The notes under the pieces are model-generated. The model was not told where the DNA came from and ran no database searches. It saw only the letters and a list, made by a program, of their open reading frames with translations. Below are positions 1 through 8,167 of a stretch of DNA of 32,000 bases, in pieces; position 1 is the first letter of the stretch, and every line of letters begins with the position of its first letter. The stretch spans positions 1,500,001-1,532,000 of the forward strand of contig NZ_CP013213.1 of assembly GCF_001545095.1 (NCBI RefSeq), in the 5' to 3' direction. This DNA is from Erysipelothrix larvae (GTDB lineage Bacteria > Bacillota_I > Bacilli_A > Erysipelotrichales > Erysipelotrichaceae). The position numbers were made by a program, and so were the translations under genes.

Positions 1-1484
1 TCCTCCATTGCATCCGTAATTTTCGAAATAAGTGATGGTCCGAGTTGGTACTCCAATTTTATTTCTTGAATCAAGTCATCGTATTTGCGTTTCATTTCAT
101 CATGCATGAAAGATTCATAAGGCAATATTTCAAAAACCTCCAAACGATCAAGAAAACCATACTTATTCATAAACAAACTCAAAATTATTAAGTCTTGTGA
201 TAGTGGTTTATTGACATCTTGTTTAAGAAGTTCTGTAAGTCTACTACCATGTTCTAGAACTCTTCGCGTACTTTCATCCACATCTGTACTAAACTGTGCA
301 AACGATAATAAGTCTTGGTAATTTGCAAGTTCGAGTTTTAACGAAGATGAAACATGCTTCATCGCCTGTGTTTGTGCAGCAGATCCAACACGAGAAACTG
401 ATAATCCACTGTCTACGGCTGGTCTTATTCCAGAATTGAACGCATCGAGATTTAGGAACAATTGTCCATCGGTAATCGATATTACATTAGTTGGTATATA
501 TGCACTAATGTCTCCTGCTTGTGTTTCAATAATTGGCAGCGCGGTCATTGACCCACCCCCGTGTTTGTCATTCAATTTAGCTGAGCGCTCAAGTAATCGT
601 GAATGTAAGTAGAAGACATCCCCAGGAAATGCTTCACGCCCCGATGGACGTCTTAAGAGTAAAGATATCGTGCGATATGCAACTGCGTGTTTTGACAAAT
701 CATCATATACGATTAATACATCTTTTCCTTGATTCATCCAGTGTTCTGCGATTGTGCATCCTGTATAAGGGGCAATATATTGCAATGATGCCATATCATC
801 AGCTGGACTTGCGACAACTGTAGTGTATTCCAGCGCACCACTTATTCTAAATTGTTCAACGACACGCGCTATCGTTGATGCTTTTTGACCAATTGCTACA
901 TAAACACATGTCAACCCCAACCCTTTTTGATTGAGAATCGCATTCATTGCGATACTGGTCTTGCCAGTTTGACGATCACCAATAATCAATTCCCGTTGAC
1001 CTTTTCCGATTGGAATCATTGCATCAATAATCTTCCAGCCCGTAAGTAAGGGTTCTTTGACACTTTGTCTTGCCATGACTTTTGGGGCTTGTACTTCTAT
1101 CGGTTTGAACACTTTATCTTCAATATCATCTAGACCATCAATTGCGATACCCAGTGCATTCACCACTCGACCAATTAATGCATCTCCTACCGGAGTGTCC
1201 ACAACATGCTTCGTTCGGTAAACCTTATCTTTTTCTCGTATCTCAGCATCATTTCCTAATAAAACTACACCCACTTGATCATTTTCTAGGTTCATCGCCA
1301 AACCCATGAGACCTGAATCAAACTTGAGTAACTCACCAGATAATACATCCTTTAGTCCTTTAACAAATGCGATTCCATCCCCTACGCTATGGACTAAACC
1401 TATATCTTGATCTTCGACTTCCCAATTTAAACCTTCAACTCGATTTTTAATTGTTTCAATAATTTGCTCACTTCGTTTATCCAT
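1..1484 (-). CDS. atpA: F1Fo ATP synthase alpha subunit (C-terminal end runs off the window; not in the ORF track)
   Basis: Hand translation from the ATG at 1484..1482 gives MDKRSEQIIETIKNRVEGLNWEVEDQDIGLV..., Walker A GDRQTGKTSIA, then ETQAGDISAYIPTNVISITDGQ. The frame stays open to position 1. It overlaps the atpH stop by 8 nt (ATGGATAA). Confidence 0.93.
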   Translation of the reverse strand, partial: MDKRSEQIIETIKNRVEGLNWEVEDQDIGLVHSVGDGIAFVKGLKDVLSGELLKFDSGLMGLAMNLENDQVGVVLLGNDAEIREKDKVYRTKHVVDTPVGDALIGRVVNALGIAIDGLDDIEDKVFKPIEVQAPKVMARQSVKEPLLTGWKIIDAMIPIGKGQRELIIGDRQTGKTSIAMNAILNQKGLGLTCVYVAIGQKASTIARVVEQFRISGALEYTTVVASPADDMASLQYIAPYTGCTIAEHWMNQGKDVLIVYDDLSKHAVAYRTISLLLRRPSGREAFPGDVFYLHSRLLERSAKLNDKHGGGSMTALPIIETQAGDISAYIPTNVISITDGQLFLNLDAFNSGIRPAVDSGLSVSRVGSAAQTQAMKHVSSSLKLELANYQDLLSFAQFSTDVDESTRRVLEHGSRLTELLKQDVNKPLSQDLIILSLFMNKYGFLDRLEVFEILPYESFMHDEMKRKYDDLIQEIKLEYQLGPSLISKITDAME

Positions 1485-2001
1485 TAGATACCTCCTCAAC
1501 CAACTTCTGAAACCTACCACCAAGACTAAAATCTAGAACAGTGTCATTTATAAATAATCTAATCCCAGACTTCAAGAATGGATTCACCTGAATTTCATAC
1601 TCAATTTCTCCATGATATATAACATCAACCTTCGTTTTTATTTTCTCGTAGTATCCCTTAGACATTGGCTCCGATGTTTCAATAATACATGTTATCCAGA
1701 AGCCATCATCAACTAATAGGTTTCGCATCGATTGTTGGATTTGATCTATTTGATCCAGCATTCCATCCTCTAAAAGAATATATATCATTCTTTTAACGAT
1801 TTCAGAAACTTCAAAGAAGAGCAAATCAGCGATTTCTTCAATTCTATTTGGATTAAACATCAAGGTGCTCGTAATTTGTGGAACGGCGTGTAAAATTCTA
1901 GCAATAGTTCGAAACTCCCTATAGTAATGAACCGGGTCATCAACCATTAACTGGTAAAAAGCATGTGCGTAGATCTCATGAACTTGCATGGTAGTTTTCA
2001 A
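1477..2001 (-). CDS. atpH: F1Fo ATP synthase delta (OSCP) subunit, divergent
   Basis: 174-aa ORF lying between atpF and atpA, with OSCP-like size. The start is ambiguous: TTG at 2001 or ATG at 1989. Confidence 0.72.
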   Translation of the reverse strand: MKTTMQVHEIYAHAFYQLMVDDPVHYYREFRTIARILHAVPQITSTLMFNPNRIEEIADLLFFEVSEIVKRMIYILLEDGMLDQIDQIQQSMRNLLVDDGFWITCIIETSEPMSKGYYEKIKTKVDVIYHGEIEYEIQVNPFLKSGIRLFINDTVLDFSLGGRFQKLVEEVSNG

Positions 2002-2485
2002 GTTCCTTTTCTAGAGAAATCAATATTTCCGATTCATTGAATGTGTATCCTTCTAATACTTTCTCAACAAGCATGGTTGATACTTCAATGATATGCTTCT
2101 CTAAATCATCTAGCATTTCATTGCGTTCTTGAGCGATACTTATTGCTGCTTGATTTAAAATATGTTCCGATTCTTCCTTTATTTCAAGGATCCTTTGTTG
2201 TCGCAACACATCAATTTCTTCAAGTAGCTTTTCTTTTTGATCGACAAGTTGCTGTTTTTGCAGTTCTCTTTCACGGTTAAATTGTTGAAATAGCTGTTCT
2301 TGTTCTTGTTTCATTATCTCGATATCACGGTATTCCGCTTGAAATGATTCAGCTTTTTTATCCATGATTTTTAAGACAGGCAGATGTAAATATTTTTTGT
2401 ATAAAACATAAATAACTCCTGTTGCACAAAGTTGAACTAAGATTGTCATCAAATTTGGAAAGAGTTGCTGTGCAATATCAAACAC
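1976..2485 (-). CDS. atpF: F1Fo ATP synthase b subunit
   Basis: N-terminal TM helix followed by a long charged coiled-coil (EQEQLFQQFNRERELQKQQL...). The track start (GTG at 2494) overlaps its own AGGAG, whereas the GTG at 2485 lies 8 nt downstream of AGGAG, so I prefer 2485. Confidence 0.8.
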   Translation of the reverse strand: MFDIAQQLFPNLMTILVQLCATGVIYVLYKKYLHLPVLKIMDKKAESFQAEYRDIEIMKQEQEQLFQQFNRERELQKQQLVDQKEKLLEEIDVLRQQRILEIKEESEHILNQAAISIAQERNEMLDDLEKHIIEVSTMLVEKVLEGYTFNESEILISLEKELENYHASS

Positions 2486-2505
2486 CTGAATCACTCCTTT
2501 CTTTT

Positions 2506-2745
2506 TTAATAAGCAAAAATTAATAGAAATGCGATTAACATACCATATATTGCAGCAGTCTCTGCCAATCCAGCACCAAGCATTAACATGGTCCTAATTT
2601 CGTTATTTGCCTCTGGATTCTTCCCAACCGCTTCAACGGCTTTTGCCGCAACATACCCTTGACCTATCGTCGAAAATATTCCGGTCATAACTGATAAAGC
2701 TGCAGCAATTGCAACCAATCCTTTTCCAATACTTACATTATCCAT
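2506..2745 (-). CDS. atpE: F1Fo ATP synthase c subunit (proteolipid)
   Basis: 79-aa two-helix hairpin with loop GKNPEA and carboxylate motif GAGLAETAAIYG. Its ATG overlaps the atpB stop (ATGGATAA). Confidence 0.92.
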   Translation of the reverse strand: MDNVSIGKGLVAIAAALSVMTGIFSTIGQGYVAAKAVEAVGKNPEANNEIRTMLMLGAGLAETAAIYGMLIAFLLIFAY

Positions 2746-3424
2746 TGTTTAAATCCTCCTTATATTCAATTCCAATAAAAATAGTAGTTAATGATACAAA
2801 TAGAAATGCCTGTAAAAAACCTGAAAATATATCAAAATATACATGAAGCCATGGGGCAACAATCACACCTATCAAATCAAAGCCACCAATAAGTGGTATC
2901 ATGCCACTTAATAAACCAGTGAATGAATAGAGCATTGTCATAATGATTGTTCCGGATAGAATATTACCAAACATCCGTAATGACAGACTAATTAGTGGTG
3001 CAAGTGTAGAGAAGATGTTAGGAATTATAAAGAAGAATAATGGTTTAAAGAAACTACTAATATATCCCTTAATTCCATTTTCTCGAATCTTTGTCACTTG
3101 AATGATTATCCAGGTTAACAAAGCGAATGTAAACGCAACACTGTAGTTAGCAGTAGGATTTTTTAACCCTACAAGTCCTGACCAATTTGATAATAGGATA
3201 AACAGAAATACAGATCCGATATAAGCCGCTAATGCACGACCTCTTTTTTTTCCTAACACAGGTTCAGTGATTGATATAATAGCTTGAACATACATGATCG
3301 CGTATAAAGCAAGACCTCTTGGTTTACAGCCTTCTTCATACATATCTATTGATCTCTTTGAAAGCATAATTAGCACAATCATTGCACCTGCAATCACCAA
3401 TATCGAGAAAACTTCAGCTTGCAT
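2738..3424 (-). CDS. atpB: F1Fo ATP synthase a subunit
   Basis: 228-aa polytopic protein carrying the conserved stator-arginine motif LSLRMFGNILSG, at the expected position in the operon. Confidence 0.88.
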   Translation of the reverse strand: MQAEVFSILVIAGAMIVLIMLSKRSIDMYEEGCKPRGLALYAIMYVQAIISITEPVLGKKRGRALAAYIGSVFLFILLSNWSGLVGLKNPTANYSVAFTFALLTWIIIQVTKIRENGIKGYISSFFKPLFFFIIPNIFSTLAPLISLSLRMFGNILSGTIIMTMLYSFTGLLSGMIPLIGGFDLIGVIVAPWLHVYFDIFSGFLQAFLFVSLTTIFIGIEYKEDLNNG

Positions 3425-3764
3425 GATATTCTTTCCCTTTTGAGAATATGTTGTTTAAGAACATTAAAATTCTACTAGAAAAATAGGCAGCAAATATAGC
3501 TAATGGTTCAACAAAACCCCTAAAATAGAATGAAAACAATAGTGGACCCGCAATAATTATTATCGTAAACAAGACATACATAATATACTGACTAATTCTG
3601 AAGTTTGGTCTTGTTAGAATCTGATCATAAAACAGTGTTCTTGTCATCTCTATAAGTATCATAACAAACTGTCCAATTAACCAACCTAACGCTACTTGGT
3701 AACGCCATGCAGTCAACGGAATTCCAACAAGTAATAATATTAAATTTGTTCTTTTAATTTTCAT
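3414..3764 (-). CDS. atpI: AtpI-like small membrane protein (ATP synthase protein I)
   Basis: 116-aa hydrophobic ORF, first gene of the atp cluster, with RBS AAGGTGGTG upstream. It overlaps the atpB start. Confidence 0.6.
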   Translation of the reverse strand: MKIKRTNLILLLVGIPLTAWRYQVALGWLIGQFVMILIEMTRTLFYDQILTRPNFRISQYIMYVLFTIIIIAGPLLFSFYFRGFVEPLAIFAAYFSSRILMFLNNIFSKGKEYHAS

Positions 3765-3780
3765 AATTCACCACCTTTGC

Positions 3781-3848
3781 AAAAAAAAATGCATCTATAC
3801 TTGAAGTGTCTTTTCCGCCCTGAAAAGACTAACCTCAAACATAAATGC
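3781..3848 (-). terminator. Long imperfect hairpin plus U9 tract within the atp leader (attenuator or possible riboswitch expression platform)
   Basis: Minus-strand RNA is GCAUUUAUGUUUGAGG-UUA-GUCUUUUC-AGGGCG-GAAAAGAC-A-CUUCAAGUAUAGAUGC followed by UUUUUUUUU. That gives 16 bp + 8 bp. Several pairs are G-U, so the stem exists only in the minus-strand transcript. Confidence 0.6.
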
Positions 3849-3876
3849 CTGACCTTTTTTCTATTTGTACTCTATA

Positions 3877-3905
3877 ATAATATCAAATAATTGTACGATT
3901 TACAA
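3877..3905 (-). promoter_or_regulatory. Putative sigma-A promoter of the atp operon
   Basis: Minus strand reads TTGTAA - 17 nt - TATTAT, with TG one base upstream of the -10 (extended -10). It lies about 105 nt upstream of the atpI ATG. Confidence 0.45.
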
Positions 3906-4175
3906 TGTAGATGGCATAAATTTTAGAGTTAGCAACAAAAAATCATCCAAAAATTTTGGTTCATTTATTCGCAAATCAAGTAAACACTTGGTTTAAACTA
4001 TCACATAAAAAAGTAGGTATTTACTAAAAAAAGTTTTTGAAAATCATGAATTCAACCACCAAACATTCGATTGATCTCATCACATATCACTCATGTATCA
4101 ATCACTCACTCATACACGATTATAGGCTACTCAATAATTTCCATACTAATTAAGTATCCTGATTCCATATTCTTT

Positions 4176-4604
4176 CTACGGTTTGATCTGCTCTTCTTTT
4201 GTCTTTCTTTCAAGATAAAAGGCAATACAACAAAAAACAATGAACGTAATCACGAATGCTATTTGAATGGTAGATAAGCTTCGAATTTTAACTGATTGTA
4301 GGTTTGTTAAGTAGAGTATCGCTGTCGAAGCCCCCATAAAGCCTACGGCAAAAACGGTGCTTCTTATGTAAACCGATTGAAGGTGTTCCGAAGAATTCGA
4401 ATCCACACTCCCTTGTTCCCCGCCTTTATTCTCCTTATCATTTTTCACAATAATTAACCCAACAACCAATCCGAATATGATTTCCAACCACACATGAAAA
4501 GTAGGTGCTTCATTTAAAATAAATCCCATAACACACCGTGCCACAAGACCAGTACATGTAAAGAGAACCGTATAGAAACCCACACGTATATATTTATTCA
4601 TCAT
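4176..4604 (-). CDS. Hypothetical small membrane protein (about 4 TM, Gly/Ser-rich central loop)
   Basis: 142-aa ORF with RBS AAAGAGGGGAAAAATG and hydrophobic segments. No family recognised. Confidence 0.55.
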   Translation of the reverse strand: MMNKYIRVGFYTVLFTCTGLVARCVMGFILNEAPTFHVWLEIIFGLVVGLIIVKNDKENKGGEQGSVDSNSSEHLQSVYIRSTVFAVGFMGASTAILYLTNLQSVKIRSLSTIQIAFVITFIVFCCIAFYLERKTKEEQIKP

Positions 4605-4670
4605 TTTTCCCCTCTTTAAAAATTATCTTTCTGTTGAATTCATTGTATCAGATTTAATCAGAACTAACAT

Positions 4671-4699
4671 AAAAACATCCTCAAATAAAGGATGTTTTT
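4671..4699 (-). terminator. Intrinsic terminator downstream of the P-type ATPase
   Basis: AAAAACATCC-TCAAATAAA-GGATGTTTTT, a perfect 10-bp stem flanked by A/T runs. Confidence 0.7.
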
Positions 4700-4712
4700 A
4701 GTGTATTAATCA

Positions 4713-7313
4713 TTAATCTACTTTACCGTTAAGCTTAAATAGTTTCATCAATTCAACAATCGGTAGTGGTAAGAGCGCTAGCCCAATTACAACTTCCCAG
4801 TGATGAAGGTCAAGTTCAATCAATTGGAAGATATCTCTCAAGAATGGTACGAAGAGTACTGCAAGCATCATAATTGCATTTGCGATGGTTGCATATACAA
4901 GCCATTTGTTCTTGAAGAATGTCTTGAATACAGATTTACGTGGTGAGTGGATGTTATATGCATGCACAAGTTGTGAGAATGCAAGAACTGTAAATGCCAT
5001 GGTTTGACCCATTTGTTCAGATCCTTCTGGGTTCCATAGTTTTCCTGAACCATAAAGGAATGCAAACAGTGTAAGACATCCAACCATTACCCCTTGATAA
5101 CCAATTCGCCACAAGCCACTCTTATTAAGAAGTCCCGCATCACGATTTGGTTTACGATCCATGATATCACTTTCTGCAGGGTCAACACCCAGTGCGAGTG
5201 CAGGAAGTGAATCCGTTACTAAGTTAACCCATAAGATATGGATTGGAATCAAAGGAACACCCAAATTAAATACAACCGCAACAAGCAGTGTAATCAGCTC
5301 TCCAACGTTACATGATAGTAAGTAGTTTACAGCTTTCATGATGTTGTCTTTAATACGACGCCCTTCTTCAACTGCAGTTACTACCGTTGCGAAGTTATCA
5401 TCAGTTAGGATCATATCTGCTGCACCTTTCGCAACTTCTGTCCCAACAATACCCATCGCAGCTCCAATGTCTGCCATCTTAAGGGCTGGTGCATCATTGA
5501 CACCATCACCGGTCATTGCGACGATTTCTCCATGACGTTTCCATGCTTTTATAATACGCATCTTATCTTCAGGTGATACACGTGCATAGACACCAATGTG
5601 TTCTACTTGTTCAAAGAGTTCATCATCACTCATGTTATCAAGGTCACGACCTGTCACAACTCGGTGATCTTCAAGCATCCCGATTTCACGTGCAATTGCT
5701 TCAGCAGTAATTGCGTGGTCACCGGTAATCATTACAGTACGGATTCCAGCACGTGTTGCGACTTTAACCGCATCCACAACTTCAGGACGTGGTGGGTCAA
5801 TCATACCCACTAATCCAACAAAGGTTAGGTTTGACTCAATTGAGATGTCCCCTTCATGTGGATTTGAGGTAAGTTCTCTTACAGACAATGCAAGGACACG
5901 TAATGCTTTCACAGCCATTGCTTCATTTGCTTTTTGAATGTGTGCAACATCGTCTTGTGTCAGTGGACGTGCAGTACCATCCACACCATAATGAGTGGAT
6001 ACTGCTAAGACTTCATCCACACCACCTTTTGTGAAGGCAAAGATTTTACCATCGATGTTATGAACTGTTGTCATGCGTTTACGACCCGAGTCAAATGGAA
6101 TTTCATTGATTCGTTTATATTCGTCAAGCAGTTTTTGTGTGTCATGACCTTCATTTTGTGCCCATTCAGAGAGTGCTGTTTCAGTTGGATCTCCAACCCA
6201 AACGCCATCAATCAAACGGGAGTCATTACATAATAATGATCCAATAACAAGTTGTTCTTTGTTTGCTGGATTGTTGTCATTCCAGAAATCCACAACCGTC
6301 ATTTTATTTTGTGTAAGTGTTCCGGTTTTATCTGAACAGATTACCGTTGCAGAGCCTAAGGTTTCTACTGAAGGCAGTGTACGAATGATTGCATTTTTTT
6401 CAACCAAACGGTTCACACCCATCGCAAGTACGATGGTTGAGATTGCAGGAAGTCCTTCAGGAATTACCGCAACTGCCAAGGAAACTGCAGTCATGAATGC
6501 TTCAAGAATGTCTGAGTTATCTTTAAGAATTGTCATTACAAAGATGAGTCCACAGGCAGCCAGAGCAACAATCCCCAGTTGTTTTCCAAGTTCGTCTAGT
6601 TTACGTTGAAGTGGTGTTTGTTCATTGCCTGATGATTGAAGCATCTTCGCAATCTTACCTACTTCAGTACCCATTCCAACACCCACTACTACACCTAAAC
6701 CACGGCCATAGGTGACCATACCAGATGAGTATGCCATGTTTTTACGATCACCCAGTACATCGTCATCGTTCCCCACATAATGAGAATCCTTATCAACGGG
6801 TACAGATTCTCCAGTAAGGGATGCTTCTTGGATCTTTAAGCTATTGGTTTGAATGAGTCGAATATCTGCAGATACTAAATCCCCTGCTTCAAGCACTAAC
6901 ACGTCACCAACTACGACCTCACTTGATGGTATGGATACTTCCTTACCATTACGAATTACCTTTGAGTAAGGACTTGCCATCTCTTGTAAAGCCTTGAGCG
7001 CTTGTTCTGCTTTACCTTCTTGTACAAATCCGATGTATGCGTTAAGAAATACAATTGCTAAAATAATAATAGATTCAATTTCATCCCCTAAAAAGAAACT
7101 AATAATTGCGGCAATAAAGAGGATAATAATCATTGTATCCTTAAATTGGTCAAGTAAACGTGACCATTGGCTTCGTTCAGCTTCAGCTTCAAGCTTATTC
7201 TCACCATATTTATTGCGTGATTCTTTGATTTCAGAATCCGTCAGTCCTGATTCAACATTCGTAAAATCACGAACATCTTCCAAAGACTTTGTATACCACT
7301 TCTGGTCTGTCAT
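4713..7313 (-). CDS. P2-type cation-transporting ATPase (Ca2+/Mn2+ pump family)
   Basis: 866 aa with TGES (SLTGESVPV), phosphorylation site CSDKTGTLTQN, TM4 motif IPEGLPA, MITGDH and GDGVNDAPALK. RBS is AGGAGGAG. Confidence 0.93.
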   Translation of the reverse strand: MTDQKWYTKSLEDVRDFTNVESGLTDSEIKESRNKYGENKLEAEAERSQWSRLLDQFKDTMIIILFIAAIISFFLGDEIESIIILAIVFLNAYIGFVQEGKAEQALKALQEMASPYSKVIRNGKEVSIPSSEVVVGDVLVLEAGDLVSADIRLIQTNSLKIQEASLTGESVPVDKDSHYVGNDDDVLGDRKNMAYSSGMVTYGRGLGVVVGVGMGTEVGKIAKMLQSSGNEQTPLQRKLDELGKQLGIVALAACGLIFVMTILKDNSDILEAFMTAVSLAVAVIPEGLPAISTIVLAMGVNRLVEKNAIIRTLPSVETLGSATVICSDKTGTLTQNKMTVVDFWNDNNPANKEQLVIGSLLCNDSRLIDGVWVGDPTETALSEWAQNEGHDTQKLLDEYKRINEIPFDSGRKRMTTVHNIDGKIFAFTKGGVDEVLAVSTHYGVDGTARPLTQDDVAHIQKANEAMAVKALRVLALSVRELTSNPHEGDISIESNLTFVGLVGMIDPPRPEVVDAVKVATRAGIRTVMITGDHAITAEAIAREIGMLEDHRVVTGRDLDNMSDDELFEQVEHIGVYARVSPEDKMRIIKAWKRHGEIVAMTGDGVNDAPALKMADIGAAMGIVGTEVAKGAADMILTDDNFATVVTAVEEGRRIKDNIMKAVNYLLSCNVGELITLLVAVVFNLGVPLIPIHILWVNLVTDSLPALALGVDPAESDIMDRKPNRDAGLLNKSGLWRIGYQGVMVGCLTLFAFLYGSGKLWNPEGSEQMGQTMAFTVLAFSQLVHAYNIHSPRKSVFKTFFKNKWLVYATIANAIMMLAVLFVPFLRDIFQLIELDLHHWEVVIGLALLPLPIVELMKLFKLNGKVD

Positions 7314-7349
7314 TTGTGTATTCTCCTCCTATCAAACAAATGGGATAGT

Positions 7350-7396
7350 AAAATAAAAGAGACCCTATCCAAGTCAAAAAACATGAATAAAGTCTC
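7350..7396 (-). terminator. Terminator stem of the riboswitch expression platform
   Basis: Minus-strand GAGACUUUAUUC (7396..7385) pairs with GGAUAGGGUCUC (7370..7359), followed by UUUUAUUUU. The 5' arm overlaps the 3' strand of the aptamer closing helix. Confidence 0.6.
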
Positions 7397-7475
7397 GAAA
7401 TTTATACGTGTTCCGGACATTTTAAGTCGTGTTGACGAAACAGCGTCCATTCTAGGCTCCTACTCCCTTTATACA
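7385..7475 (-). promoter_or_regulatory. Candidate yybP-ykoY (Mn2+-sensing) riboswitch aptamer
   Basis: The leader begins UAUAAAGGGAGUAGGAGCC... and ends ...UUUCGAGACUUUAUU. AAAGGGAGUAG and GAGAC-CUUUAU resemble the hallmark conserved 5' and 3' segments, and AUAAAG/CUUUAU close a P1 helix. It sits directly upstream of a P-type ATPase, a known genomic context for this class. Confidence 0.6.
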
Positions 7476-7481
7476 AAGCAC

Positions 7482-7510
7482 ATCATATCAAATCCATGAA
7501 CGTTTGTAAA
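7482..7510 (-). promoter_or_regulatory. Putative sigma-A promoter for the riboswitch and ATPase
   Basis: Minus strand reads TTTACA - 17 nt - TATGAT with an upstream TG (TGATATGAT). Confidence 0.5.
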
Positions 7511-7539
7511 GAAAAACCTATGTGATTTCAGCGACTTAT

Positions 7540-8151
7540 TCAGTGCAGCTGCCATGTAATTGTAAGCGTTTGAGTGAATGTAATATCACGTGTTTGAATA
7601 GTTGAATACTCTGAGTTTACACCCATTGCTCTAATGTGATAAGGGGTTTGTGATGCATCGATATATTCAATATGTGCAATAGACCCTAATGTTACTTCAG
7701 AACTGGTTGAAATGACGTGTGCGACTCTTTTCGCATCCATTACTGCCATTTCAATTGCTTCTAGACGTGCACCATCTTCATCACTGTATCGATATGCAAC
7801 TGAAAGATTAAAATTGTTGTGTGTATGAAGTGCAGCAAGTAATTCAGATATTGAGTGGAGTTGTAAGTCTGTCTCAAAGGTAATATCTTGCGTACACTCA
7901 ATTGATTTCTGTTCAAACTTCGCTTCATTAATGAGACTGATATTGATGGACGATGTGAGCAAGTCGTTTGGATCATAGCCCAGACGTACAAAGATGTTCA
8001 CAAAGTCTTGATAGTTCTGCTCCAATTTTTTCATTGCATCTGAAGATGTGATGCCACGTTGGACTAGCGTTGTATACAGAACAATTCGATTTGGTTTCTT
8101 CATAACAGTACCTGTCCCTTGTACTGTTAAGGTATTAACATTATGATTCAT
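7540..8151 (-). CDS. SIMPL (DUF541)-like protein
   Basis: 203 aa. It starts LTVQGTGTV...P and has a C-terminal AIEMAVMDAKRVAHVISTSSEVTLGSIAHIE pattern typical of SIMPL-domain proteins. No obvious signal peptide. Confidence 0.55.
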   Translation of the reverse strand: MNHNVNTLTVQGTGTVMKKPNRIVLYTTLVQRGITSSDAMKKLEQNYQDFVNIFVRLGYDPNDLLTSSINISLINEAKFEQKSIECTQDITFETDLQLHSISELLAALHTHNNFNLSVAYRYSDEDGARLEAIEMAVMDAKRVAHVISTSSEVTLGSIAHIEYIDASQTPYHIRAMGVNSEYSTIQTRDITFTQTLTITWQLH

Positions 8152-8167
8152 GAAATATCACCAATAC

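Noticed and set aside
599-823. 74-aa plus-strand ORF
   Set aside because: It lies entirely antisense within the well-supported atpA coding region, so it is a shadow ORF.
4071-4277. 68-aa plus-strand ORF
   Set aside because: It overlaps the 3' end of the minus-strand membrane-protein gene, has no SD, and its composition reflects AT-rich spacer.
4868-7356. Several 65-120-aa ORFs (4868..5083, 5338..5535, 5598..5813, 6259..6609, 6994..7356)
   Set aside because: All are alternative-frame or antisense shadows of the 866-aa P-type ATPase gene. They have no RBS and low-complexity translations.
7314-7499. 61-aa plus-strand ORF in the ATPase upstream region
   Set aside because: It is on the opposite strand to the promoter/riboswitch/terminator leader and has no RBS. 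The region is better explained as a structured 5' UTR.
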